Positions 1 to 8,291 of a DNA stretch of 51,711 nucleotides are shown one piece after another. Origin of the DNA: a virus (lineage: Duplodnaviria; Caudoviricetes); IMG/VR virus record IMGVR_UViG_3300045922_000428, positions 1-51,711 of that record. The stretch is one strand, 5' to 3'. Positions within the stretch are counted from its first letter, which is position 1. Each line of letters begins with the position of its first letter. Both the position numbers and the translations under genes were made by a program. The notes under the pieces were generated by a model. That model had not been told where the DNA came from. It saw only the letters and a list, made by a program, of their open reading frames with translations, and did not search any database.

Positions 1-121
1 GCGCGCCGCCTCATCTCCGGGATCACCGCGCCGCAATCGCAGCACTCGCGCGCGTCCACCGCCTCTAGCTGCCGCTGCGCGTGCGCCACGCGGGCGGCGA
101 TCAGCGCAGCCTCGCGCGCTT
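1..121. repeat. Terminal direct repeat, left copy (identical to 51591-51711); probably circular-assembly overlap
   Basis: Exact 121 nt match between window start and end; an ORF reads through the junction. Confidence 0.95.
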
Positions 122-124
122 CGG

Positions 125-328
125 TCATTTCGAGGTCGTTAGGCATTGCGACTCCTTCTGCATCCTGCGCCGCACGCTGCCCGGCACGCTTGCCTTGGGC
201 ATGTTCCGCGTGCGAGCCGCTTTTGCTGGTGGCGCCGGGTTGCTTGTCAGACGAAGCCCCGCCTCGCGCCAAAGCGAGTCCAGAACGGCCCGCTTCATCG
301 CAGCCACGTCATCCGTCTTCGCGTCCAT
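125..328 (-). CDS. Hypothetical protein
   Basis: ATG overlaps the upstream TAA (TAATG) and the stop overlaps the TraR-like ATG. Confidence 0.55.
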   Translation of the reverse strand: MDAKTDDVAAMKRAVLDSLWREAGLRLTSNPAPPAKAARTRNMPKASVPGSVRRRMQKESQCLTTSK

Positions 329-576
329 TAGGAGGTCAATTCCTTCACGGTCCACATCACGCTTTCCTCCAGCGCCGTCATGCCGAGTGAGCGGTAGCGA
401 CCGGGCTTCACCTGCTCAAACAGCGCCTCTAGTTCGGCGGCCTTGGCCTTGATGGCATCGTGAAGCGCCTTCTCCTCCTCGGTCAGGGCGCGATAGCGCG
501 GGCGGAACCGGCTCACCGGCTCATCCACGCGGGAAGACTGGCGCGCGTCGGGCGTGCCTTCAAAAACGTGGGTCAT
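328..576 (-). CDS. Acb2/Tad1-like helical hairpin protein (putative cyclic-nucleotide sponge, anti-defence)
   Basis: YRALTEEEKALHDAIK...PGRYRSLGMTALEESVMW resembles the Acb2 (YRxLSxEE...PGRW) and Tad1-like (RxxSLAxTxLEEAxMW) patterns. Confidence 0.7.
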   Translation of the reverse strand: MTHVFEGTPDARQSSRVDEPVSRFRPRYRALTEEEKALHDAIKAKAAELEALFEQVKPGRYRSLGMTALEESVMWTVKELTS

Positions 577-839
577 GACTTGCTCCGTTCGTGTTCAGGG
601 GCGGCGATGGGGTCTTTCCACTGAGGGCGCGCGCCGGTCGCTTCCTCAATGATATCTGCCACCACTCCGCGCATCAGGTGCATGAAGGTCAACTTGGTCG
701 CAGGCTGCGTGGCAAATCGCATGTGCAATGCGCCGAGCAGAAGCGCGTCACGCATCGTGTCGGGCATCGCGTAGTAGGCGCACCACAGATCGCCTTCTTG
801 GCGGAAAGCGAGGCGTCCTATCTTCGTGCAGTCAGGCAT
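573..839 (-). CDS. Hypothetical phage protein (MPDCTKIGRLAFRQEGDLWCAYYA...)
   Basis: ATG at 839 is coupled to the upstream TGA; the stop overlaps the next ATG. Confidence 0.6.
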   Translation of the reverse strand: MPDCTKIGRLAFRQEGDLWCAYYAMPDTMRDALLLGALHMRFATQPATKLTFMHLMRGVVADIIEEATGARPQWKDPIAAPEHERSKS

Positions 840-1006
840 CACGCCGCGCCCCTCTGACCGGCGCGCTCGCGCTCGCACCAAGCCTGCCACCCGTGTGTGA
901 CGTCCTGGTTGAGAATGGCACCAGATCCGATGGCCTGCAACTCGCATTCCATCCGGACGCACGGGTGCAGCCCGTGTCGCTTCTTGAAACGGCGAGCAGC
1001 ACGCAT
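839..1006 (-). CDS. Small hypothetical protein (55 aa, MRAARRFKKRHGLHP...)
   Basis: Manual translation; TGATG coupling to the downstream gene; starts right after the GA repeat. Confidence 0.4.
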   Translation of the reverse strand: MRAARRFKKRHGLHPCVRMECELQAIGSGAILNQDVTHGWQAWCERERAGQRGAA

Positions 1007-1007
1007 C

Positions 1008-1060
<53 letters not shown>

Positions 1061-1063
1061 GTC

Positions 1064-1267
1064 TCAATGTCTGGTCGGCTTGCCAAACACGTGGCTTGCC
1101 ACAAAAATAGGTCCTTCGCGGACTTCAACGACTGCCACAAAAAGCTTGGTACGGCGCGCCAGCTGTTGCGCCCGAAACTTCGCAAGCCCCTGGTTGGTAA
1201 AACAACGCTGCAGGAGCCGACGGTTCGTGTACGGGTCCACGACGTAAAAGCGCGTGCTCATGTTCAT
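1064..1267 (-). CDS. Hypothetical protein
   Basis: ORF coupled (ATGA) to the upstream gene. Confidence 0.5.
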   Translation of the reverse strand: MNMSTRFYVVDPYTNRRLLQRCFTNQGLAKFRAQQLARRTKLFVAVVEVREGPIFVASHVFGKPTRH

Positions 1268-1503
1268 TCCCCGCGAGGAGGCCTTGCGACCTCGAACCCC
1301 TCACGAACAGCCTGATTGAGAGCTGCGACGACCTGCGCTTTGGCGTAGCCGATCTCCAGCTCCGCGATACGGGCATCATCCGGCGCCTTGCGGACAGACA
1401 AGCCGACGTCAGCAAGCATCTCCCTGAGACACTCGCGAGCCTGAGCCTGAGTGGACGCGTACCGCGGGACACAGTCCGGGACACTGATGAAGTAGACTCT
1501 CAT
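1264..1503 (-). CDS. Hypothetical protein (MRVYFISVPD...)
   Basis: Part of the tightly coupled minus-strand operon. Confidence 0.55.
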   Translation of the reverse strand: MRVYFISVPDCVPRYASTQAQARECLREMLADVGLSVRKAPDDARIAELEIGYAKAQVVAALNQAVREGFEVARPPRGE

Positions 1504-1670
1504 TTCAATCTTTCCTGAAACGGCTCGTCTTGTTGACACCTGTGAAGCCGGGTCCGAATCCGTCGGACGGCGCGCTGCTTGGAAAGCCTGACAAACGCAT
1601 AGACTGCCACCAACGTAATTGCTGACAGCCACAATACGTCGACCAACCAACCAAGCAGCGCGACTAGCAC
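1500..1670 (-). CDS. Small putative membrane protein (56 aa)
   Basis: Manual translation MLVALLGWLVDVLWLSAITLVAVYAFVRLSKQR...; hydrophobic N-terminus then basic tail; ATGA coupling. Confidence 0.4.
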   Translation of the reverse strand: MLVALLGWLVDVLWLSAITLVAVYAFVRLSKQRAVRRIRTRLHRCQQDEPFQERLK

Positions 1671-1684
1671 AGCGTTTCCGTGCC

Positions 1685-1945
1685 TCAGTTTTCTTCGTAC
1701 ACGTCGATGCGCGGGGCGTCGATCTCGTTCTTGAACATCGCCTTGATGTCCTTGCGGAGGAGGGAGACGACCTTGGCACCGCTGGGGTTGCCGTCGTCCT
1801 TCAGATCGTTGGCGACTTTGGTGACGAGCTCAGCGATCTCGTTCCCGAGATCCTTGAGCATGAACTTGACGTCCGCCTGCTTGTACAAGTTGGGCTTCTT
1901 GGCCATTGCGGTCAGTCCTTCTTTGTGATGTGGCTTGATTGCCAC
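1685..1945 (-). CDS. Hypothetical protein (likely start MAKKPNLY)
   Basis: ORF with AAGGA SD before an internal ATG; strong codon bias. Confidence 0.6.
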   Translation of the reverse strand: MAIKPHHKEGLTAMAKKPNLYKQADVKFMLKDLGNEIAELVTKVANDLKDDGNPSGAKVVSLLRKDIKAMFKNEIDAPRIDVYEEN

Positions 1946-2364
1946 GTTTCACCTATCTGTCGGGCACGTCGTAACGTTTTCTCCGACATGTCCGAGCCTC
2001 GCTCGAACAGCTGGAAGCGCGGCAATGCACCGCGCAGAAATTCGTCTTCAGTGCGGTCGTGCGGGCCGAGCACGACGCAAGGCAAGCACAAGGCACCTTC
2101 GGGGAACTGCAAATCGACGTATTTGAATTTGAATACGTGCGAGGTGCCAGACTGCCGCTCTTCTTTGGGAGGAGCCGGCTCTCCGTCCACCAGGTGCAAC
2201 AACCTCTCGGCAATCTGCTCGTCAGTGGGCCTTGACACGACCTCGAACATCGAGTCGTGCTGCGGCGGTGGATTCAGCTTGCATGTGCCAATAGGCGACA
2301 CACGGCCGCCACCGCGGTCGACCACGACAATAATATTGTTCTCAGGTTCGTAGGTGCGCGACAT
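1912..2364 (-). CDS. Hypothetical protein
   Basis: AGGAG SD, directly downstream of a promoter. Confidence 0.6.
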   Translation of the reverse strand: MSRTYEPENNIIVVVDRGGGRVSPIGTCKLNPPPQHDSMFEVVSRPTDEQIAERLLHLVDGEPAPPKEERQSGTSHVFKFKYVDLQFPEGALCLPCVVLGPHDRTEDEFLRGALPRFQLFERGSDMSEKTLRRARQIGETWQSSHITKKD

Positions 2365-2384
2365 TTGAGGATCTCCTGGCGTAA

Positions 2385-2413
2385 AGGATACGAAGCCGCA
2401 AAGGCTCTGTAAA
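2385..2413 (-). promoter_or_regulatory. Sigma70-like promoter TTTACA-N17-TATCCT
   Basis: Member of a repeated TTTACA-N17 family upstream of gene starts. Confidence 0.7.
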
Positions 2414-2464
2414 CATGTGGTTATGTGTAGAAATCGACTTTGAGCGATTCAGCCTAGTTGTGAA

Positions 2465-3874
2465 TCACAGCGGTCGAGCCTGTGCCTGAAGCAGCTCGGG
2501 TTCGTTGTGACGTGCGGGCCGGTCAAGTTTTATGTGCAACCCACGGGCCAGCAGCTCTTGGTCGTGTTGAAGAACACGCACTTCGGGAGACAACACAACC
2601 CGCAACATCTTTTGGCCCGTCTGTTCAGCCGAACGCTGCGCAAGACTTTCGTTTGTGGTCAATGAAACCCAGCCATGAACATCAAACGCCTTGTTGCCGA
2701 TGCCGGTCTTGGCGATAAGGAAGGCAGCCTGCGGCTGTTCGAGCGGCCTGGCGAATTGTTCAAATTCCTGCTCAAGCTCTGCGTGCGCCTGTCGTGCCTG
2801 TTGAAGAGTCACACCATGAACACGCTCAAACGCATCTTCAGGCGTCTTTCCATCATCCACATCTCTCATAGCACGCCTGAACGCGTGGTCACGAAAGAAT
2901 TCAACGACCGGGTTGGTTGCACTGTGAAAACTTTGAAGACTTTGCGGCGTCGAAGACTCCATGGGCGTGGTCAAAGTGCCTGGCGCAAGCTCGGCTTCGT
3001 CGCCGGCGGCCCCTTGCACACCGTACAGGTCTTGAAGAAAGCTGTGATAGTTTTCGTGTTGCGAGGGATCATACTCCTCGTCCAACTCAGTCAACTGGTC
3101 GTTAGAAAGCTGGCGGTACCCACGAAGCACCTGCGTAGGACCGTCCGCATGGTTCACAGCAATTTTGACAAGCTGATGGGGGCCCGTTATTTCAAAATCA
3201 TGGTAGGCCGTACCGTGCCACCTGCTGCTGTCTATTTCAGAATTCTTCAACTCGAACTTGAGCATGCCGATTTCGTTTTCTGTGAACCCTCGTTCGCGAA
3301 GCTCGTTCTTCAATGCTTCGATGAACTCATCCGGTGCCTCGTAAAAGGCCGCATCTTGTGCAACCTCTCGGGCGTCCCCGTCGCTGTAGTGTGGAAGATC
3401 TGTGTCGTTTTGCAGATTCTCCAAATACATGCGACGAGCTGATTCCTTCGCCTCATCCTTGAGGCGATCACGAACTTGATACGGAACACTCCTAAGTCGT
3501 TCAAAATAAGTCTTTTTTTCAGCAGGTGAGTTTTCAGGTTGACGTGTGTCTTGGTCACTAAGATACTTGGAAACAAGCTGGTTGTAAAGATTGCGCCAAT
3601 CAGGCTCTCTTGGGTCGTAGTCGCTGAGACCCACCGTCCGAGGCCACGTAATTGTAAGCATCGGCCCCAAGTTTCTGGTGGCCTGATTTTGTGTCGCAAC
3701 AGCAGGAGAACCCACGGCGGCAGCGGTCAAGCCGGCCGTTACACCTAGAAAGGCACGACGACTAAGTGACGGCTGCTGGAAGCCGCTCGGTGCCTGCTGC
3801 GCAGGCCGACTACCGGCGGCAACACTGGCAGTCAGGTCGATTTGGTCGGCGTGGTGCGGAACAAGTTTGTCCAC
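2465..3874 (-). CDS. Hypothetical protein with twin-arginine-like N-terminus (SRRAFL + hydrophobic stretch) and possible degenerate ART-like C-terminus
   Basis: GTG start after AAGGAG; own promoter; WVSLTT...HDQELL near the C-terminus. Confidence 0.6.
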   Translation of the reverse strand: MDKLVPHHADQIDLTASVAAGSRPAQQAPSGFQQPSLSRRAFLGVTAGLTAAAVGSPAVATQNQATRNLGPMLTITWPRTVGLSDYDPREPDWRNLYNQLVSKYLSDQDTRQPENSPAEKKTYFERLRSVPYQVRDRLKDEAKESARRMYLENLQNDTDLPHYSDGDAREVAQDAAFYEAPDEFIEALKNELRERGFTENEIGMLKFELKNSEIDSSRWHGTAYHDFEITGPHQLVKIAVNHADGPTQVLRGYRQLSNDQLTELDEEYDPSQHENYHSFLQDLYGVQGAAGDEAELAPGTLTTPMESSTPQSLQSFHSATNPVVEFFRDHAFRRAMRDVDDGKTPEDAFERVHGVTLQQARQAHAELEQEFEQFARPLEQPQAAFLIAKTGIGNKAFDVHGWVSLTTNESLAQRSAEQTGQKMLRVVLSPEVRVLQHDQELLARGLHIKLDRPARHNEPELLQAQARPL

Positions 3875-3903
3875 CGGTGCTTCTCCTTGAAGACACTGCA
3901 AAG

Positions 3904-3932
3904 AGTGTATATTCAGGACGATCTTTTGTAAA
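3904..3932 (-). promoter_or_regulatory. Sigma70-like promoter TTTACA-N17-TACACT
   Basis: Motif family member. Confidence 0.7.
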
Positions 3933-3940
3933 TGAATAAG

Positions 3941-6013
3941 TTATGGGCGACGGTACTTGGCGCGGCTTTTTGTGGACTTGTCCGGTTCGCGGGCCTCGAT
4001 GTGATCAATTGCCTCCTGGCGCGTGGCGTTTATCCAACGTTGGTAGTTGCGGACAGCATAGTAGCGGTCTACCCCGGCCGTCGTCTTGATAGGCGAGCCG
4101 TCAAATATTTGCGAAACGCCTGCGCGGCGCAGCTCACGGCCTAATCCGTTGGCAGTCACACGACCCCGACCGTCTGGGTCGTAAAGTGCCAACAGCTCGG
4201 CGTTGGTGAAAAGGTCCTTCTTGATCGGCACATTGCCGACCTTGAGCACCGTATCTGGGTTGTGAATAAGGCGGCGGACCCAGCTGGCAAGATCCGAGCG
4301 CACGTCCTCGGTCATCCGGTCCTTTGCTGCAGTGCGGATGGCCGTGCCCGCTGGGTTGAATTCTGAGCAGTCGTGTTTGAGCAGCCAGTCGAAGACGTAA
4401 CTGGCACCGCCAGCTTGCAGCCACATGTTGAATTCCACATAGAATTCCTCTGGTAACGGTGGGACGACCACCTCGTGGATAAAGAACCGGCGGTCGGTGT
4501 CTTCAAGAAAGAACGCGTCGGGCTGGTTTGTGGTAAACAAGTAGTTGATGCAGTCGGGCACGACGTAGGTCGGCATGTATTTGGCGTTGATGCGAATGGA
4601 CTGTTGTGTGATGAGCTTTTTGAGCATGTCCGCGTCGGCGCGTTTGTCGGAACCGGTGACGTCGTCGCCTAGCACAAACTGCTTGTTTTCGGCCCACTCG
4701 TTGAACGAGGCGTGGAGATCTGACTGGTTGATCTCGGCGAAATTGTCACCGTAGATGCGGCCAAGTGTGTAGCCGATGAGCGATTTGCCGGTGCCGTGAA
4801 CACGGCCATGGATGACGGCGGAGGAAAAAAGCTTCGTGCCTGGGTGTTGCAACGGGTAGGCGCACCAGTCAAGGAACCAACGCTTCGCAGCAGGCTCGGC
4901 CCCGGTAAAGAGATGGTCGATCAGTTGGAGAAAAGGTTTGACGTTGCCGGCCCGTGGCTGCACACCCCAACCGCGCCAAGCGTTGTATTCCAGGTCGTGC
5001 AGTTGCGGCAGGCCTGGCTTGTAGGTGATGCGCCTGACCTGGTGGCGCAACGGCCACTTGAGCCACGCCTCGGCTGCCGGTGTCGGCCTGATGTCCATCG
5101 TGCCGTCATCTTTGAGCACCTGCTCGGCGTGCCTGACGTTCGCGTACGCGTGCTCTTTGAATTGGCTGGGCGAGAGCTTCTGGCCGTTCTCAAGTTTGAT
5201 AATGATGCCGGGGTCCTCGACGTAGGCCAGCTTGTCGTTGAGTTCCCACAGCGTCTTGGCAAGCGTCATGGGTTGCGCATGTTGGATAATCAGGTCGTCA
5301 ACGGCCTGTGGACCGACCTGCACGATGTAGTCGTCGAGGCCAGTCTTGTCCGGGTTGCCGTCGCCACCGAGGTGCGGCAGGGGGAGCACAAACGGCCGGG
5401 CGCCCCGGTCGCACAGAAGCTCAGCGAGCTTGCGCAGGGCCTTGCAGACCTCCGGCTTTGTGTTGAAATCACTGTCGAAGCAGATGTAGACGATGCGCCG
5501 GGCCCATGTGAACGCCTCAAGCTCGGGCAGGAAGGTGAGCGCCAGGCGCTTGCTCGAGTACGCGGAGACACCGCCGAGCCCGATGGTCGGCATGCCGTGC
5601 AACGACGCCGAAGCCGCCTTGAGCTCACCCTCGGTGATGGTGACTGGGGTGCGCCAGTCCGAGGCGAGAAGCTTCCAATCGACGTTGCGTGGAAAGTAGG
5701 CGGCCGGTGCCGAGTCCGGAAGCTGTGTGTACTTGTGGACAATCGGCTTGTCTGTGCCGGGTCTGAGCGGAATGTTGAGATACCGTAACCGGTAGAAGTG
5801 TGGAATGCCGGGCTGGCTGAGAGGCCTGCCGTCGAGGTCGTAGTAGTTGAAACGGAGGGCCTCGAGCGGCTTGAAGGATTCGTGAAGGGACGCGGTCTGC
5901 TTTTCAGTGAGGCCCACTATGTCCAATGCAATGGCCTGCTCGGCTGTGATGGCGGATTGCCGCAACTTTTCCAACTGGGCCTCTGAGTACCCAGCGCTTG
6001 GCTTCTTAGCCAT
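3941..6013 (-). CDS. Primase-helicase (TOPRIM/DUF3854-like N-terminus + SF3/D5-like P-loop ATPase)
   Basis: ITEGELKA, FDSD and GLDD TOPRIM motifs; HGTGKS Walker A; FNEW, LKKLITQ and FTTN typical of phage primase-helicases. Confidence 0.88.
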   Translation of the reverse strand: MAKKPSAGYSEAQLEKLRQSAITAEQAIALDIVGLTEKQTASLHESFKPLEALRFNYYDLDGRPLSQPGIPHFYRLRYLNIPLRPGTDKPIVHKYTQLPDSAPAAYFPRNVDWKLLASDWRTPVTITEGELKAASASLHGMPTIGLGGVSAYSSKRLALTFLPELEAFTWARRIVYICFDSDFNTKPEVCKALRKLAELLCDRGARPFVLPLPHLGGDGNPDKTGLDDYIVQVGPQAVDDLIIQHAQPMTLAKTLWELNDKLAYVEDPGIIIKLENGQKLSPSQFKEHAYANVRHAEQVLKDDGTMDIRPTPAAEAWLKWPLRHQVRRITYKPGLPQLHDLEYNAWRGWGVQPRAGNVKPFLQLIDHLFTGAEPAAKRWFLDWCAYPLQHPGTKLFSSAVIHGRVHGTGKSLIGYTLGRIYGDNFAEINQSDLHASFNEWAENKQFVLGDDVTGSDKRADADMLKKLITQQSIRINAKYMPTYVVPDCINYLFTTNQPDAFFLEDTDRRFFIHEVVVPPLPEEFYVEFNMWLQAGGASYVFDWLLKHDCSEFNPAGTAIRTAAKDRMTEDVRSDLASWVRRLIHNPDTVLKVGNVPIKKDLFTNAELLALYDPDGRGRVTANGLGRELRRAGVSQIFDGSPIKTTAGVDRYYAVRNYQRWINATRQEAIDHIEAREPDKSTKSRAKYRRP

Positions 6014-6024
6014 AGTGTGGACCC

Positions 6025-6594
6025 TCAGAAAAGAGGCGCCAGGTCCGGCAGTCGCTCGAGATGCGGCGAGCCGTTGCGCAAGATGTGGCGCAGCGCCCAG
6101 AGCTCGTGTGTAGGTGCCGAGGAAGAACGTCGCGACTCTCCGAGTGTGACGTAGACCAGGCCGCGGTTGCTAGAGATGAGGACGGGAAGCGACTGCTCGC
6201 GAAGCAGAATAAGGCCGAGCAGCTTTTCCTTGTCGCGCACAAGACGAAGCTCACCAGTCTCGATCTCGCGCAGAAGGTAGTCGTAGCCACACATGTGGAC
6301 GAGCACACCCATCGCGCCAAGCACAGCAGCCGTCTTCTCCATCTGCCGGCTCGATGAAGACGAGACAAAGTGCGCCTTGTGTTCAGTCAGCTGGTCTAGC
6401 CGTGCCTCGAGATCAGCGCGCTTCTCGTGGTGTTGAGCGTCAGAGGCAGCGGCCGCCTCGACGCGATCTATCTCAAGCTCCCAGTCCTCCTTGATGTTGC
6501 TGTGCAGCGCACGGGCTTGGAGTTTGTGAGACTGGAGCTGGGCGGCCTTGGACCCGGCTACTCGGTTCTTGGACATGTGACCCTCGTTAGTCAA
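6025..6594 (-). CDS. Hypothetical protein
   Basis: ORF downstream of a promoter, GAGG SD before MSKNRV. Confidence 0.6.
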   Translation of the reverse strand: MTNEGHMSKNRVAGSKAAQLQSHKLQARALHSNIKEDWELEIDRVEAAAASDAQHHEKRADLEARLDQLTEHKAHFVSSSSSRQMEKTAAVLGAMGVLVHMCGYDYLLREIETGELRLVRDKEKLLGLILLREQSLPVLISSNRGLVYVTLGESRRSSSAPTHELWALRHILRNGSPHLERLPDLAPLF

Positions 6595-6599
6595 AACAG

Positions 6600-6830
6600 T
6601 CCAACTTTAACATATTTTAGTCAAGTTGTAAATACTAAAACTTGTGTACGGATGTTCAAAATGACACAAGGAACAGAAACAAAATTATCGCGAAGCTTAT
6701 ATATCTATCTTTCCTACCCTCTCTAATAATAATAATAATAATCACCTTTTTTCGTCTCTACTAGGAGGATAGCGAATGCGCATTCTGTAATCTCGTTTTT
6801 CACATAAATTGCCACATTTGACGTGATACT
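6600..6830. other. AT-rich non-coding segment with (TAA)6 at 6724-6741; candidate replication origin
   Basis: Markedly AT-rich in a GC-rich genome, close to the primase-helicase gene. Confidence 0.35.
6604..6632 (-). promoter_or_regulatory. Sigma70-like promoter TTTACA-N17-TAAAGT
   Basis: Motif family member. Confidence 0.65.
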
Positions 6831-7092
6831 TGGCCACTTGGGACTTTGCGCCGTTCAATTTTGCCCGTTCAATCTCCCTCCGCAAGATGCGGCTGGTCGT
6901 CATCAGTCTGGTTGCTTGTCGTTGTGTTGAAAAATGGTTTGGTGTTAAGCCACAGCCTGGCCATTTTAGTTTCACCTGAAACTATTTTGGACAGTCTCGA
7001 GGAGGCTTGTCGCCTTCCGTGGCGTCCCCAGAAACTAGGTTTTGTGCACCTGGTGCCATGTCTTGTGAGCATCGGACGCGTGCGCATGCAAC

Positions 7093-7122
7093 AAGGGGCC
7101 CAGAGCAATGCTCCAGGCCCCT
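7093..7122 (-). terminator. GC-rich hairpin after gene 7147-7542
   Basis: aggggccc-agagcaatgctc-caggcccct stem-loop. Confidence 0.5.
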
Positions 7123-7146
7123 GTGCTTGGTGCGCGGCGCTCTGGT

Positions 7147-7542
7147 TCAGGCGCGCGGCGTCGGCACCTCGATCCCGGCCCGCCGCATCTGGCAGCGGTA
7201 CCAGGTCGGATAGTGGTTCTTGTGGGACGGCAAGTCCAACTCCGTGAGGATCTCACGGTTGGTCTTGCCCGCGAGGATCATCTCGCGGATCCGAGCGGCC
7301 GTGCTGTCGGCGCGGGCCGTACGGACCTTGCGCTCCTCGCTCTTCTTGGAGGCGGCCGCAACCTTGCGGGCCACATCCATCACGCTCTCCAGGCGCCGGA
7401 TACCGGTCGCCCGGTCCTTGAACTTGGCCACGGCGTTCGCGTTTGCGAACGGGGCCACAATATTGAACGCTTCGACCAGCTGCGGGCCGGTCAGCTCGGC
7501 GATCTGGTCGGCGGTCAGTGCGGCGATCTGCTGGATGTTCAT
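7147..7542 (-). CDS. Early protein with C-terminal helical 'WYR' domain (paralog of 39681 and 40308 genes)
   Basis: GGAG SD; C-terminal IREMILAG...LP...YPTWYRCQMRRAG. Confidence 0.7.
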   Translation of the reverse strand: MNIQQIAALTADQIAELTGPQLVEAFNIVAPFANANAVAKFKDRATGIRRLESVMDVARKVAAASKKSEERKVRTARADSTAARIREMILAGKTNREILTELDLPSHKNHYPTWYRCQMRRAGIEVPTPRA

Positions 7543-7583
7543 GTTGGTCTCCCATATGGCACCGCATCGCGCGGTGTGTGTTC

Positions 7584-7696
7584 TGTATACCCACTTCCAG
7601 CGGCCGTGTAAACAGCTATTTTCATCCGGCCCAAAGATTTTTTGTGTGGTCCGCTTGAAAATAGCTGTTTACAAGCGGCCCCAAACGTGGTAGGAT
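7584..7696. promoter_or_regulatory. Back-to-back divergent promoters built on an 18 bp inverted repeat (7607-7624 / 7656-7673)
   Basis: TGTAAACAGCTATTTTCA...TGAAAATAGCTGTTTACA; left TTTACA-N17-TATACA, right TTTACA-N17-TAGGAT; sits at the strand switch. Confidence 0.75.
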
Positions 7697-8066
7697 GCGC
7701 TCGTTCCAACCACTAACTGGGAGACTGAGGTCCGTGACCTTCAACGAACGCAACTACCTGCCGCCCAACGCGCGGCTCTCGCTCTACGTCCATCCGTGGT
7801 CGGCTCGCGACCGCACCTACCTGCGGCTCCCCGACGACGTGTTCTTTATGGACGTGCGGCTCGACAGCTACGCTCGCGCGGTCTATGACCACGCTCGCGC
7901 GCTGATCGCCGCCGGCGCCGTGGACCGAGACGAGTTGTGCGTCTCGGTTACATGGCACAACGGCTGGGGGCCGTTTGAGTGGACGACCATGGACTTCGAC
8001 GACTTTGAGCGTCGCATCGAGCACGGCCAGAGGGTAGAGGAGGTCGCGCCCGACACGGGCGGCTAG
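7695..8066 (+). CDS. Hypothetical protein
   Basis: First ORF after the rightward promoter; start may be an internal GTG after GAGG. Confidence 0.55.
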   Translation: MRSFQPLTGRLRSVTFNERNYLPPNARLSLYVHPWSARDRTYLRLPDDVFFMDVRLDSYARAVYDHARALIAAGAVDRDELCVSVTWHNGWGPFEWTTMDFDDFERRIEHGQRVEEVAPDTGG

Positions 8067-8207
8067 ACCTGGCTGGCTGTGTCCTTGGCGCAGGCAAGGC
8101 TTGGCCAAGGACGCATGCCCTGTGGCCATTCTTGCGCGTCCACGGGGCAGTCGGCTCGTGCTGAGCGCCTTGGCTCTATGCTCCGCGCCGCGTAGCGCGT
8201 TTTTACG

Positions 8208-8236
8208 TGTACACGCGGCGTCGAACGTGGTAGCCC
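8208..8236 (+). promoter_or_regulatory. Putative promoter TGTACACG-N8-AACGTGGTA
   Basis: Same motif recurs upstream of the coat gene (22268). Confidence 0.5.
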
Positions 8237-8291
8237 TGCCCCTGGTGCAGGGCGCATGTCCCTCAGCACCTCCACAGAGGGACAACCCAAC

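Noticed and set aside
1-121. 121 bp end repeat as a biological terminal repeat
   Set aside because: It falls inside a gene that reads through the junction, so it is more likely assembler overlap of a circular or permuted genome
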